NCBI GenBank assembly: GCA_002371895.1
Contig: DFHM01000009.1
Coordinates: 39,271-103,270, forward strand
Reading direction: 5' to 3'
DNA length: 64,000 bases
Source: Candidatus Saccharibacteria bacterium UBA3723
GTDB taxonomy: Bacteria > Patescibacteriota > Saccharimonadia > Saccharimonadales > Saccharimonadaceae
Shown: piece after piece, positions 19,711 through 28,707 of the stretch
Position numbering within the stretch: the first letter of the stretch is position 1
Layout: each line of letters opens with the position of its first letter
Program-made: the position numbers and the translations under genes
The notes under the pieces: generated by a model
Database searches by the model: none
What the model saw: the letters and a program-made list of their open reading frames with translations, nothing else
Told to the model about the DNA's origin: nothing

Positions 19711-20163
19711 ATGCAAGTCATTCGTCGCTATTGGCGCATCATTTTCCCAATCATTATCGCAGTCATTATTTGGGTCTTTTCTTCACAAAACGGCGACATT
19801 TCTGACGCAAAGTCCCTCCAGTTTGCAAATATGTTCGGCCTATCCAATCTTGTTATGCGCAAAATCGCTCACATCATCCTATTTAGCGCATTTGGTTATT
19901 CGCTTTGTAGCTTTATCAAAGGCCTTCATCCAAGCCTATTCCCAACGCACGACCTCGTCGCTTATCCAATCATCATCACGACCGTCTATGGCGCCATTGA
20001 TGAAGTACATCAGCTCACCGTCATTGGTCGTACCGGATTAATCAGCGACGTCCTCATCGATACTGCAGCCGGCATTTGCGGTATTCTCCTATACATCGTT
20101 ATCTTTTGTTTCTGGCGCCGCTTCCGCCTTCGCCAGGCTGCAATGAAATATTCCGCAGAATAA
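19711..20163 (+). CDS. VanZ-like family membrane protein
   Basis: Sequence KIAHIILFSAFGYS...YGAIDEVHQ...DVLIDTAAGICG. Confidence 0.75.
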   Translation: MQVIRRYWRIIFPIIIAVIIWVFSSQNGDISDAKSLQFANMFGLSNLVMRKIAHIILFSAFGYSLCSFIKGLHPSLFPTHDLVAYPIIITTVYGAIDEVHQLTVIGRTGLISDVLIDTAAGICGILLYIVIFCFWRRFRLRQAAMKYSAE

Positions 20164-20205
20164 AAAATATCCCTTTCGGGACTACATATTTCTATTTTAT
20201 CACAC

Positions 20206-20234
20206 TTTACATTTTTTGTCAAGTTTGCTAAAAT
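20206..20234 (+). promoter_or_regulatory. Promoter giving a leaderless der mRNA
   Basis: TTTACA, a 17-nt spacer, TAAAAT, 7 nt, then ATG. Confidence 0.55.
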
Positions 20235-20241
20235 TTAGGGT

Positions 20242-21546
20242 ATGAAATTACCTGTAGTCGCAATCATCGGCCAGACTAATGCTGGCAAATCTAGTCTCTT
20301 TAATCGCCTTGTTCGCAAGTCGCAGGCTATTGTTGCGCGCGAAGCAGGTACTACCCGCGATAACGTCGTCGGCAAGGTAGAGAACCAATATATTCTTATC
20401 GACACCGCCGGCCTCAAGGAAGCAGAGGACGAATTCGAGTCTCATATCCAAGACCAAATCGACGATGCCGTAAACTCTGCCGATATGATTTTGATCGCCA
20501 TGGATTCTACAAAATATCCAAATCACGACGACAAGCTCATCGCCAAAAAGGCCCTAAAATCCGGCAAGCCAACTATGCTTTTGCTCAACAAAGCTGACCT
20601 CGGCGACGCTTTGCCAGAAACCGAATTCTATAGCCTCGGCATCAAAGATCCACTCCGCGTTTCCGCAACCACCGGTGTCAACCTCAACGAGCTCCGCGGC
20701 AAAATTCTTTATGAGCTAAAGCAACTTGGTTTCAATACGAACAATAAAGCCGAAAAAGAAGACGATGCCCTAAAGATCGCCCTCATCGGCCGCCCGAACG
20801 TAGGAAAGAGCTCACTCTTTAACTCGCTCGCAAAGAAGCAGCAAGCTATCGTCGCAAACCTTAGTGGCACCACCCGCGACATTAACCGCACCGAGCTCAA
20901 GTACAAAGGTCAGACTATCGAGTTGCTCGATACGGCAGGCCTCCGCAAGCCGGGCAAGCGCGAAGTTGGCATCGAAAAATTCTCCGCACTCCGCAGCCTT
21001 GCCGCCATCGAAGAAGCCGACGTTTGCTGCCTCCTCATCGATAGCACCGAGCCGCATTCCAAGCTCGACCAATCTCTCGCTGGCGAAATCGTTAAGGCAG
21101 GCAAGGGCATTATTCTCGTCGTCACCAAGACCGATCTAGAGCACAAAGAGACCGACGAAATCCTCGATAATCTCGAATACGACTTCAATTTCGTGCCATT
21201 TGCGCCAGTTGTTATGACTTCCAGCCTTACCGGCAAAAACGTCACCAAGATTTTCGAGCTTGCACAACAAATCGACAAAGCTCGCCACGCCGAGCTAAAG
21301 ACTTCCGACCTCAACAAGCTTCTAATGGACGCCGTCGCATCGCATCCACCAGCAGGCCTCAAGAACACTCATCCAAAGCTCCGCTATATGGTTCAAACCG
21401 ATTCCTGCCCGCCATGGTTCGTCGTTTATGGTAGCAATCTTAGCCTCCTTCACTGGAGCTACAAACGCTATCTCGAACGTCGCCTCCGCGAAGCATACGA
21501 CTTTACCGGCACTCCAATCTTCTTCTCGTTCCGCAACAGAGATTAA
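20242..21546 (+). CDS. der: Ribosome-associated GTPase Der/EngA
   Basis: Two G domains (GQTNAGKSSLFN, GRPNVGKSSLFN, DTAG x2, NKAD/TKTD) plus a KH-like C-terminus. Confidence 0.95.
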   Translation: MKLPVVAIIGQTNAGKSSLFNRLVRKSQAIVAREAGTTRDNVVGKVENQYILIDTAGLKEAEDEFESHIQDQIDDAVNSADMILIAMDSTKYPNHDDKLIAKKALKSGKPTMLLLNKADLGDALPETEFYSLGIKDPLRVSATTGVNLNELRGKILYELKQLGFNTNNKAEKEDDALKIALIGRPNVGKSSLFNSLAKKQQAIVANLSGTTRDINRTELKYKGQTIELLDTAGLRKPGKREVGIEKFSALRSLAAIEEADVCCLLIDSTEPHSKLDQSLAGEIVKAGKGIILVVTKTDLEHKETDEILDNLEYDFNFVPFAPVVMTSSLTGKNVTKIFELAQQIDKARHAELKTSDLNKLLMDAVASHPPAGLKNTHPKLRYMVQTDSCPPWFVVYGSNLSLLHWSYKRYLERRLREAYDFTGTPIFFSFRNRD

Positions 21547-21649
21547 TATGTTATAATACGTGGCACAAGGTGGGCTTAAGTACAAACTTAAGCTTATTTT
21601 GTTTTGCTCTTTGATAGCATTGCACGCCAAACAAAAAGGAGGGGTTAAT

Positions 21650-23104
21650 ATGGCTAAACGAAGAGACACTCATAAGGCACTTGTGCCAGCTCTTGATGCA
21701 CTGATCGGAGACCCCGACATATTAATGCCAGGGCCCGATACTAAGCTGAAGGCGGAGATTCTCTACATTCCGCTTCAGTACATTGATAGGATTCGCGAAT
21801 TCCGTCATGAGCAGAGTAGCCGTGGCGAAGCCGCAACCACGCTGCTTGGACATTTCATGCGCATTCTGGAATATGTCCACTACGCAGATGGCGACAGCAA
21901 GACCTACGTCTGCAAAAACGGCATGAAGATCGAGTTCGTTCCGCCTCAGGATATTAGCGACGTTTCCACCAATGGACGCACTGGTTCCAACACACATGCG
22001 TTGGCAACCGCCAAGTACGCCCAGAAGCAGCTCAACGATGACGGCGCAGTCGCAATCCTTACTGGCGACAATTACATGTCCAGTAAGGCGCTCGCGCAAG
22101 ATATCGACGTAGCCCACATCAATCCAGATGTTTACACTGGGCGCCGCAGACTCAGTCTTCCGGAAGAACTTTGCGACAGTTGGCTGAGAGATCGTCACAT
22201 CACCGCAGAGCAGTTCAAGGAGTTCTTCCCGGACGAGAAGCCTCTGCTTCTCAACGAGTTCGTCGAGTTCGTCATTGATCCTATCGTCATGTCGACCTAT
22301 GCAATCAACCCGCACGATTTCTACAAGAGAATCGGGCGCTTTGAGCCCGGCAAGGACGGCGAAGATCCAGTTCTGAGACGCATCCACTATATCGAGGATT
22401 TGCCAGGCTGCATCCAGCCGCGTACGGTCGGACAGGCGATGCTGGCAGAAGCTCTGATGGCACCCGTCGAGGAAATCCCCATCGTAATTTGTCCTGCTGT
22501 TTTCGGTACCGGCAAGACCTACCTTTCCGTAGCTATCGGCTACTTCCTCGTGACAGACAAGGAAAAGTCCCAATACGACCGCATCTTTGTCGTTCCGCGT
22601 GATGCCGAACTCGGTAAGGAAATCGGTTTCCTGCCTGGCGACGAGACACAGAAGACTATCGCAAAGTCTATGCCCATTCTTGACAGCCTTTACAACTACT
22701 TCAAGAACAAGGGAGACAAGAAGAAGGGTAACCGCGATCAGACCGCCGGCGACATCAAGAAGAAAGTCGAGATTGCCATCCAGGATCATTTCGAGTTTGT
22801 ATCCATCATCAACATGGGCGGACGTTCGATCTCTGATTGCTGGATTATCTACGACGAATCTCAGGACATGGAGCGCTTCCAGGTTAACCAGTTGATGAAA
22901 CGTATCGGCGAAGGTTCCAAGATGGTTATTACCGGCGACCCGCATCAGGTATTCAACAAGCACATGAATTACCACAGCAATGGCTTGATGTATGCCGCGA
23001 CCAAGATGGCTGGCAGCCCGTATGCCGCCGTCATCACGATGCTTGAGGGTGAAATCACAAGATCCGAGGCCGCACGCGAAATCGCTCGCCGTCTCGACCA
23101 CTAA
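21650..23104 (+). CDS. PhoH-like ATPase with an unrecognised ~290-aa N-terminal domain
   Basis: I moved the start to the ATG at 21650, which has AAAGGAGGGG upstream. Contains Walker A FGTGKTY, Walker B IIYDESQD, and ITGDPHQV. Confidence 0.8.
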   Translation: MAKRRDTHKALVPALDALIGDPDILMPGPDTKLKAEILYIPLQYIDRIREFRHEQSSRGEAATTLLGHFMRILEYVHYADGDSKTYVCKNGMKIEFVPPQDISDVSTNGRTGSNTHALATAKYAQKQLNDDGAVAILTGDNYMSSKALAQDIDVAHINPDVYTGRRRLSLPEELCDSWLRDRHITAEQFKEFFPDEKPLLLNEFVEFVIDPIVMSTYAINPHDFYKRIGRFEPGKDGEDPVLRRIHYIEDLPGCIQPRTVGQAMLAEALMAPVEEIPIVICPAVFGTGKTYLSVAIGYFLVTDKEKSQYDRIFVVPRDAELGKEIGFLPGDETQKTIAKSMPILDSLYNYFKNKGDKKKGNRDQTAGDIKKKVEIAIQDHFEFVSIINMGGRSISDCWIIYDESQDMERFQVNQLMKRIGEGSKMVITGDPHQVFNKHMNYHSNGLMYAATKMAGSPYAAVITMLEGEITRSEAAREIARRLDH

Positions 23105-23142
23105 GTGTCCGTGCAAGCAAAACAGGGATAATCCCGCAAAGA

Positions 23143-23170
23143 AGGCTGGCCTCATTTGGCCGGCCTTTTT
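23143..23170 (+). terminator. Intrinsic terminator
   Basis: Stem AGGCTGGCC/GGCCGGCCT followed by TTTTT. Confidence 0.7.
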
Positions 23171-23188
23171 CATGGTAAAATAGATGCA

Positions 23189-23704
23189 ATGAAGGTCATT
23201 ATTGGATTTGGAAATCCTGGAAATCAGTATAATTTTACACGCCACAACTTCGGTTTCTTGGCCTTAGATTTTTATGCCAAAGTTCATGACCTCACTTTTA
23301 AACCAGAGCCAAAATTCAAGGCCGACATCGTCAAAGACGGCGATATTCTTTTCGTAAAACCTCAGACATTCTATAACGACATCGGCATGTGCGCGCGCTC
23401 AATCATGGATTTTTATAAGCTCCAGCCACAAGATTTCTTGACAGTTTGTGATGATTTTAATCTGCCATTTGGTCAGATTCGTTTCCGCGAGCGGGGGAGC
23501 GCGGGTGGCAATAATGGCCTAAAGTCCGTTATTGCGCACTTTGGCACAGACGATTTTCCTCGTCTTCGCCTAGGTAGTGGCAACGACAACCTCCGCCAAC
23601 GCATTGGCGATGTAGATTTTGTATTGTCCAAATTTACCGACGCAGAGCGCGGAAAACTGCCAGAAATCCTTCGCGAAATCGACGATTTTGTGTCAAAATA
23701 CTAA
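23189..23704 (+). CDS. pth: Peptidyl-tRNA hydrolase
   Basis: Sequence MKVIIGFGNPGNQYNFTRHNFGF. An extended -10 (TGgTAAAAT) lies 7 nt before the ATG. Confidence 0.92.
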   Translation: MKVIIGFGNPGNQYNFTRHNFGFLALDFYAKVHDLTFKPEPKFKADIVKDGDILFVKPQTFYNDIGMCARSIMDFYKLQPQDFLTVCDDFNLPFGQIRFRERGSAGGNNGLKSVIAHFGTDDFPRLRLGSGNDNLRQRIGDVDFVLSKFTDAERGKLPEILREIDDFVSKY

Positions 23705-23835
23705 ATTTTTAGACATTTTATAACACTTTTTTAAGGTAATAACAATAAGCATTTTGACCCCTGTTAAATCTAGGCAAATCCGGGCAAACAGGGGCGAAAA
23801 AATGGTTGAAATATCAAAAAATAGTGAAAAAACTA

Positions 23836-23864
23836 TTGACTTAAAATCAAATATGTGCTATTAT
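23836..23864 (+). promoter_or_regulatory. Near-consensus sigma70 promoter with no ORF behind it
   Basis: TTGACT, a 17-nt spacer, then TATTAT. Confidence 0.7.
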
Positions 23865-23870
23865 GAACAT

Positions 23871-24169
23871 AGTTCCGATCCGAAAGGATTGGAAGCCGCA
23901 CCTAAATAATCTATAACTTTGCTAGTGTTGAACTAGCAATTGTTGCGTGCTTTAGAAACACTTTCGGCCTTCAAATTTTCTTTCCATAATTTGAAGTGAA
24001 AAGTATTACCTCCACTTAGAAAGCTTATTTCTAAAGCTAGCAATCCCTATAACCGGCGGACCCCAATGTGTGAGGTGGGTCACGCTTCCGGAGTTCTCCG
24101 GATGCCTTAGGAGGTGTGTTGTAGGGCCAAATAGCCCCAGGTGATGCCCACCCTTACCTGGGGCTTTTT
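23871..24169 (+). ncRNA. Unclassified ~300-nt structured RNA candidate
   Basis: No ORF of 60 aa or more. It lies between a strong promoter and a GC hairpin with a T-run. At least six local hairpins are visible, including a GAAA tetraloop. Confidence 0.6.
24133..24169. terminator. Terminator serving convergent transcripts (T-run only on the plus-sense side)
   Basis: Stem AGCCCCAGGT/ACCTGGGGCT followed by TTTTT. Confidence 0.7.
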
Positions 24170-24180
24170 GGTGGCAAAAA

Positions 24181-24567
24181 TTATGCCGTTTTTACTACAT
24201 CGCCACGTTCAACTTGATTGCGCTCAATACCTCGCAGTAAAAGACCACAATTATCCCCATCCATAGCAAGATCTAGAGTTTTATGAAAAGCCTCAATGCC
24301 GGTAATTACACTCTGAAGGGAAGAACCGTCGGTCTTTTCTATTACAACATTCTGATTAAGTCGAATCTGTCCTTTTACGCGACCAGTCACAACAATACCT
24401 CTACCTTTAATAGAAAATACGTCGTCTATCGTCATTTCGCCTGAACCATCAGAAACAGAGCACGGCCCCTCTTCGCGTTTAAATATCGGCTGTTCTGCTT
24501 TCGGCTCAACCTTTATCGGATCCTTAATGATATCGTCGTCGTTTTTATGAAAAAGCTTAAATAACAT
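24181..24567 (-). CDS. Stand-alone EF-Tu domain-II-like protein (128 aa from the ATG; 143 aa from the upstream TTG at 24612)
   Basis: IDDVFSIKGRGIVVTGRVKGQIRLNQNVVI...ITGIEAFHKTLDLAMDGDNCGLLLRGIERNQVERGDVV parallels EF-Tu domain II ([21 protein letters not shown]...GVEMFRK...AGDNVG.LLRG..R..ieRGqV). Confidence 0.7.
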   Translation of the reverse strand: MLFKLFHKNDDDIIKDPIKVEPKAEQPIFKREEGPCSVSDGSGEMTIDDVFSIKGRGIVVTGRVKGQIRLNQNVVIEKTDGSSLQSVITGIEAFHKTLDLAMDGDNCGLLLRGIERNQVERGDVVKTA

Positions 24568-24589
24568 ACCTTTAATATATAATATATGT

Positions 24590-24982
24590 ATGGGATTGAA
24601 GGATTTTTTCAATAAAATTTCATCAAAAAACTCAATATTCGATTACGTCGTAGACAAAGATACATTCAAGACTTTTGTCGAGAAGACCATCGAGTTTGCC
24701 AAAGAACATGAGCTCGAAATAATCGATGAATTCTATATCTATATCAATGGCGAGAAACAACTTGTCCAAATTTGGAACCTTGATGCCGACCAATTTAAGG
24801 CCACTAAAGGCATCTCCATTAAATACAACGGCATGGAATATACCAACTTCGAGGGTTTCTACGAAAAGGTTATTCAGCCAATCCCAGCAGAATACATTCA
24901 TATCTATCTCACCTTACGCACCGACGACTTTCTAGACGAGTATAAGAAGAATCATCCAGAGCTTAAGCCGCAAGATTTTTAG
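24590..24982 (+). CDS. Hypothetical protein (130 aa)
   Basis: Clean ORF, divergent from the previous gene. No family recognised. Confidence 0.5.
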   Translation: MGLKDFFNKISSKNSIFDYVVDKDTFKTFVEKTIEFAKEHELEIIDEFYIYINGEKQLVQIWNLDADQFKATKGISIKYNGMEYTNFEGFYEKVIQPIPAEYIHIYLTLRTDDFLDEYKKNHPELKPQDF

Positions 24983-25027
24983 TTGCTTATGCTTTTTTGA
25001 TTTTTCAGTTATGATATTATATAGCAC

Positions 25028-27304
25028 ATGAGCAAAAATTTAGTTATCGTAGAGTCTCCTGCCAAGGCGCATACTATCGAAAAATACCTCGGTAGTGATT
25101 TTACTGTCCTTGCATCGGTAGGCCACATTCGCAAAGATACGAAGGTCGATAAGAATACTTTTGACGTCACTTACGAAATTGACCCTGGGCACAAGAGTGT
25201 TATTACCGATCTTAAAAAAGCCGCCAAAGCTGCAGACAAAATCTGGCTTGCAACGGATGAAGACCGCGAAGGAGAAGCTATTTCTTGGCACCTTTGCGAG
25301 GTCCTAAAACTTCCAAAAGATACCGCCCGCATCACTTTTCATGAAATTACCAAAACCGCACTTGAAGACGCCATCAAGAACCCTCGTACCGTCGATATGA
25401 ACATGGTCGCTTCACAACAGGCACGCCAGACGCTAGATATGCTCGTAGGCTTCGACCTTTCCGGTATTGTACGCAAGAAAGTTCCTGGCGCCGTCTCCGC
25501 TGGCCGCGTTCAGAGTCCAGCCCTCCGCCTTGTCGTAGAGCGCGAGCAGGCCATCGAAAAATTCGCCTCAAAGTTTAGCTACAAAGTGTCCGGCGATTTC
25601 GGCTTCGACACTAAGCTCGACCACGAGTTCGAGACCGAAGAAGAGGCTAATAATTTCCTCAAACAATTAATTAACGCTACCTACACCGTCGGCGCAATCG
25701 AAAACACCCCAGGCGTACGCAAACCAGCTCCGCCTTTTACGACCGCATCTATGCAAATCGAGGCTAACTCTAAGCTCGGTTTTTCAACTCGTACCACCAT
25801 GCAGGCTGCACAATCTCTATATCAGTCCGGTATGATTACTTATCATCGTACCGACAGCCTAAACCTTAGCAAGCAGGCGATCGCCAGCATGGCCAGCTAC
25901 GTAGAAGAAAAATACGGCAAAGAATACGTCAAAGTCCGCAACTTCAAGACAAAGTCTGCTAGTGCGCAGGAAGCACACGAGGCCATTCGTCCAACCGACA
26001 TCAATCGCGAAGTTGCCGGCAAGAACGATTATGAAAAGCGCCTTTATGCCTTAATTCGCGGCCGCGCGCTCGCAACCCAAATGGCCGACGCAAAGATCGA
26101 GACAACCACGGTTACCATTTCTACGCCAACCGAATACAACTTTATCGGGAAGGGCGAAGTTGTCACTTTTGACGGCTTCCTAAAAGTTTATGGCCGCATC
26201 AAAGAAAACGAACTTCCAAAGATGACTGTTGGCGACAAAGTTTCCGCAAATACCATCATTGCCCGTCAAACCTTTGCAAAGCCACAACCCCGCTTCACGG
26301 AAGGTTCACTCGTCAAGAAACTCGAGGAGCTCGGCATTGGTCGTCCAAGTACATATGCCAGCATTATGACCGCTATTCAGGCTCGTGGTTACGTCGTAAA
26401 AGGCGAGTCCGAAGGCGAAGAGCGCGAGGTTAATACTCTCAAGCTCGAGAACAACCAAATCACTTCCGAAAAAGTCACCGAAAAATACGGCGCCAACAAA
26501 GGCAAACTCATACCAACACCAATTGGCGAACTTATTTCCGGCTTCCTTACTGACAACTTCAAGAATATCGTCGACTACAAATTTACCGCAAACATCGAAA
26601 AAGATCTCGACCTTATTGCCGACGCAAAGCTCGACCGCGTCAAAATGCTCCGCGATTTCTACGGCCCATTCAACAACGAAGTCCTCGCAAGTGAAGGCAT
26701 CGAACGCTACAATAACGCCCGCCTACTCGGCCACGACCCAAAGACCGGCGAAGCCATCTATGCCAAAGTTGGCAAAAATGGCGGCTTCATTCAGCTTGGC
26801 GAAAACGAAAAAGAAACCGGCAAGAAACCACGTTTTGCACCATTACCAAAACGCAAGAGCGTAAAGACCGTTACATTAGAACAGGCCATTAAACAGCTCG
26901 AACTGCCACAGCTTCCACGCACACTCGGCAAGGCAAAAGACGGCGCAGAAATAATTGCCGCCGCTGGGCCATTTGGTCCATATCTCAAAGCCGGCAAATA
27001 TAATATTCCGCTCAAAGATTTTGATCCATACACCATCACTCTAGAAGACGCCGAACCACTTTACGAACAAAAACGCGATTCTTATATTGCTGATTGGGGC
27101 GAAATCCAGATTATTAACGGAGCTTACGGCCCATACGTCAAGGGTCCGGGCCGCCGCAATTTTGTCCGTATTCCAAAAGACGTAGATCCAAAAACTGTCA
27201 CCAAAGAACAGGCGGAAGAATATCTCGCCAATAAACCAAAGAAGACGCGCCGCCCAGCCAAACGCCGCGCCACCACAAAGAAAGCGGCCACAAAGAAGAA
27301 GTAG
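25028..27304 (+). CDS. topA: DNA topoisomerase I
   Basis: Toprim start LVIVESPAKAHTIEKYLG and active-site region YHRTDS. The C-terminal repeats lack Zn ribbons (GPFGPYLK, GAYGPYVK) and the tail is Lys-rich. Confidence 0.95.
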   Translation: MSKNLVIVESPAKAHTIEKYLGSDFTVLASVGHIRKDTKVDKNTFDVTYEIDPGHKSVITDLKKAAKAADKIWLATDEDREGEAISWHLCEVLKLPKDTARITFHEITKTALEDAIKNPRTVDMNMVASQQARQTLDMLVGFDLSGIVRKKVPGAVSAGRVQSPALRLVVEREQAIEKFASKFSYKVSGDFGFDTKLDHEFETEEEANNFLKQLINATYTVGAIENTPGVRKPAPPFTTASMQIEANSKLGFSTRTTMQAAQSLYQSGMITYHRTDSLNLSKQAIASMASYVEEKYGKEYVKVRNFKTKSASAQEAHEAIRPTDINREVAGKNDYEKRLYALIRGRALATQMADAKIETTTVTISTPTEYNFIGKGEVVTFDGFLKVYGRIKENELPKMTVGDKVSANTIIARQTFAKPQPRFTEGSLVKKLEELGIGRPSTYASIMTAIQARGYVVKGESEGEEREVNTLKLENNQITSEKVTEKYGANKGKLIPTPIGELISGFLTDNFKNIVDYKFTANIEKDLDLIADAKLDRVKMLRDFYGPFNNEVLASEGIERYNNARLLGHDPKTGEAIYAKVGKNGGFIQLGENEKETGKKPRFAPLPKRKSVKTVTLEQAIKQLELPQLPRTLGKAKDGAEIIAAAGPFGPYLKAGKYNIPLKDFDPYTITLEDAEPLYEQKRDSYIADWGEIQIINGAYGPYVKGPGRRNFVRIPKDVDPKTVTKEQAEEYLANKPKKTRRPAKRRATTKKAATKKK

Positions 27305-27307
27305 AAT

Positions 27308-27925
27308 ATGGATGATCGCGAAGCGCATCAAGAAATAAAACAATTAATCGTTGTCACTATTGGCGCTATTATTGCCATGATTGCGCTCGTTGTTTCTGTT
27401 TACGTCTTCTTTAAGTCTAGCTATTCTTTTGATTATCGCGCCGTCAGCACGATTAATATCCCAGACTATAGCGTCCAAAGCGAAACACGCCAAGACGTGC
27501 TAGAAATCGTCGAGCAAGAAATCAAAAATCCTGGTGACATGTATAAATATACCGAGGGCACCAAGGAGCCTTGGTGTGCAGATTTCGTCTCTTGGGTTTA
27601 CGCTACAGCAGGACACGAATTCGTAAATCCGACTAGCGGCAGTTGGCGCATCCCTGGCACGCATACTTTGCAAGAATATTTCAAAAAAGAAGGGCGCTGG
27701 CATGCCTACGACTCAGAATTGCCACAACCAGGCGACGTCGTAATTTATCGTCATGGTATTTTTGGCGAACACACAAACATCGTCGTCGCTACAGACTATG
27801 ACGAAATTCTAACCGTCGGCGGCAACGAAAACGGTAAAATCATGATGCATCGCATCACTTATTCTGACACGCGCTACGGCATTATCGGCTACGGCACCGC
27901 CCCAGAAGACAAAGAAGAAGATTAG
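27308..27925 (+). CDS. Membrane-anchored CHAP-domain amidase/peptidase
   Basis: N-terminal TM, then WCADFVSWVY...GDVVIYRHG...HTNIVV. Confidence 0.72.
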   Translation: MDDREAHQEIKQLIVVTIGAIIAMIALVVSVYVFFKSSYSFDYRAVSTINIPDYSVQSETRQDVLEIVEQEIKNPGDMYKYTEGTKEPWCADFVSWVYATAGHEFVNPTSGSWRIPGTHTLQEYFKKEGRWHAYDSELPQPGDVVIYRHGIFGEHTNIVVATDYDEILTVGGNENGKIMMHRITYSDTRYGIIGYGTAPEDKEED

Positions 27926-27998
27926 TAAAATATTTCAGACTTTTAAGCTCCATTTAAAGATAGGCAATTAAGCTATAATTATAAATAAGAGCAGAAGT

Positions 27999-28706
27999 AT
28001 GAATATATTCCGTAGAGTAGAACAGAAATATCTCATCACCTCCGAGCAATACAACGCCTTAATGGAAGCGCTTGGCGATAAGCTTGTCAAAGACGAATAC
28101 TTCTATAACGACATCTACAATTTATACTTAGATGCACCGGACCATCGACTTATCATCCAGTCTATCGAAAAGCCGATGTATAAGGAAAAGTTTCGCGTAC
28201 GCAGCTACGGTCTTGCCGAAAACGAAGACTCAAAAGTCTATTTGGAAATCAAAAAGAAGTTCGACGGCACTAGTCACAAGCGCCGCATTTCGATGACACT
28301 TGGCGAATTTTATAAATATATGGAAAAGGGCAATCGCCCAAAGAACGCCAATCCAATTACACTCGCCGAATTAGATTACGATTTTGAAAAATACAATCTT
28401 CAACCAAGCATCCTGATTAATTACGAACGCTATTCTTATTACTTTAGAGGGAATAAAGACTTGCGCGTCACTTTCGACCACAACGTCAAATATCGCGTCA
28501 AAAAGCCAGATCTCACCAACGGCGACGATATGCATCACATTATCGATAAAGATATGTACATTATGGAAATAAAATCACTCGATAGTTTACCAATAAAACT
28601 GTCGCAGCTACTTGCAAAACTAAAGATATACCCAAGAGGATTCAGCAAACCAAAAAATGCATATTTAAAAAGCCTAGAAAGAGCAAAGCAAAAGGAAAGG
28701 AAATAA
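27999..28706 (+). CDS. VTC/CYTH-like (polyphosphate polymerase domain) protein
   Basis: Sequence FRRVEQKYLI...YNLYLD...KFRVRSY, typical of bacterial VTC-domain proteins. Confidence 0.75.
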   Translation: MNIFRRVEQKYLITSEQYNALMEALGDKLVKDEYFYNDIYNLYLDAPDHRLIIQSIEKPMYKEKFRVRSYGLAENEDSKVYLEIKKKFDGTSHKRRISMTLGEFYKYMEKGNRPKNANPITLAELDYDFEKYNLQPSILINYERYSYYFRGNKDLRVTFDHNVKYRVKKPDLTNGDDMHHIIDKDMYIMEIKSLDSLPIKLSQLLAKLKIYPRGFSKPKNAYLKSLERAKQKERK

Positions 28707-28707
28707 C

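Noticed and set aside
21722-23245. 507-aa ORF on the minus strand, nearly as long as the PhoH-like gene
   Set aside because: It exactly mirrors a GC-richer gene whose plus-strand product has clear Walker A/B and GDPHQ motifs. The antisense product is low-complexity, has no SD or promoter, and overlaps the pth start. It is a typical shadow ORF.
23871-24169. The idea that the structured RNA is a T-box or riboswitch leader, tmRNA, RNase P RNA or SRP RNA
   Set aside because: No same-strand gene follows the terminator, so it is not a cis leader. By eye I found no tRNA-like CCA end or tag frame (tmRNA), no GGAAAGTCC-type P4 strand (RNase P), and no centrally placed GGAA-capped domain IV with AGCA/GGAA loops (SRP). 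Only a covariance-model search can truly exclude divergent versions, so I kept it as unclassified rather than naming it.
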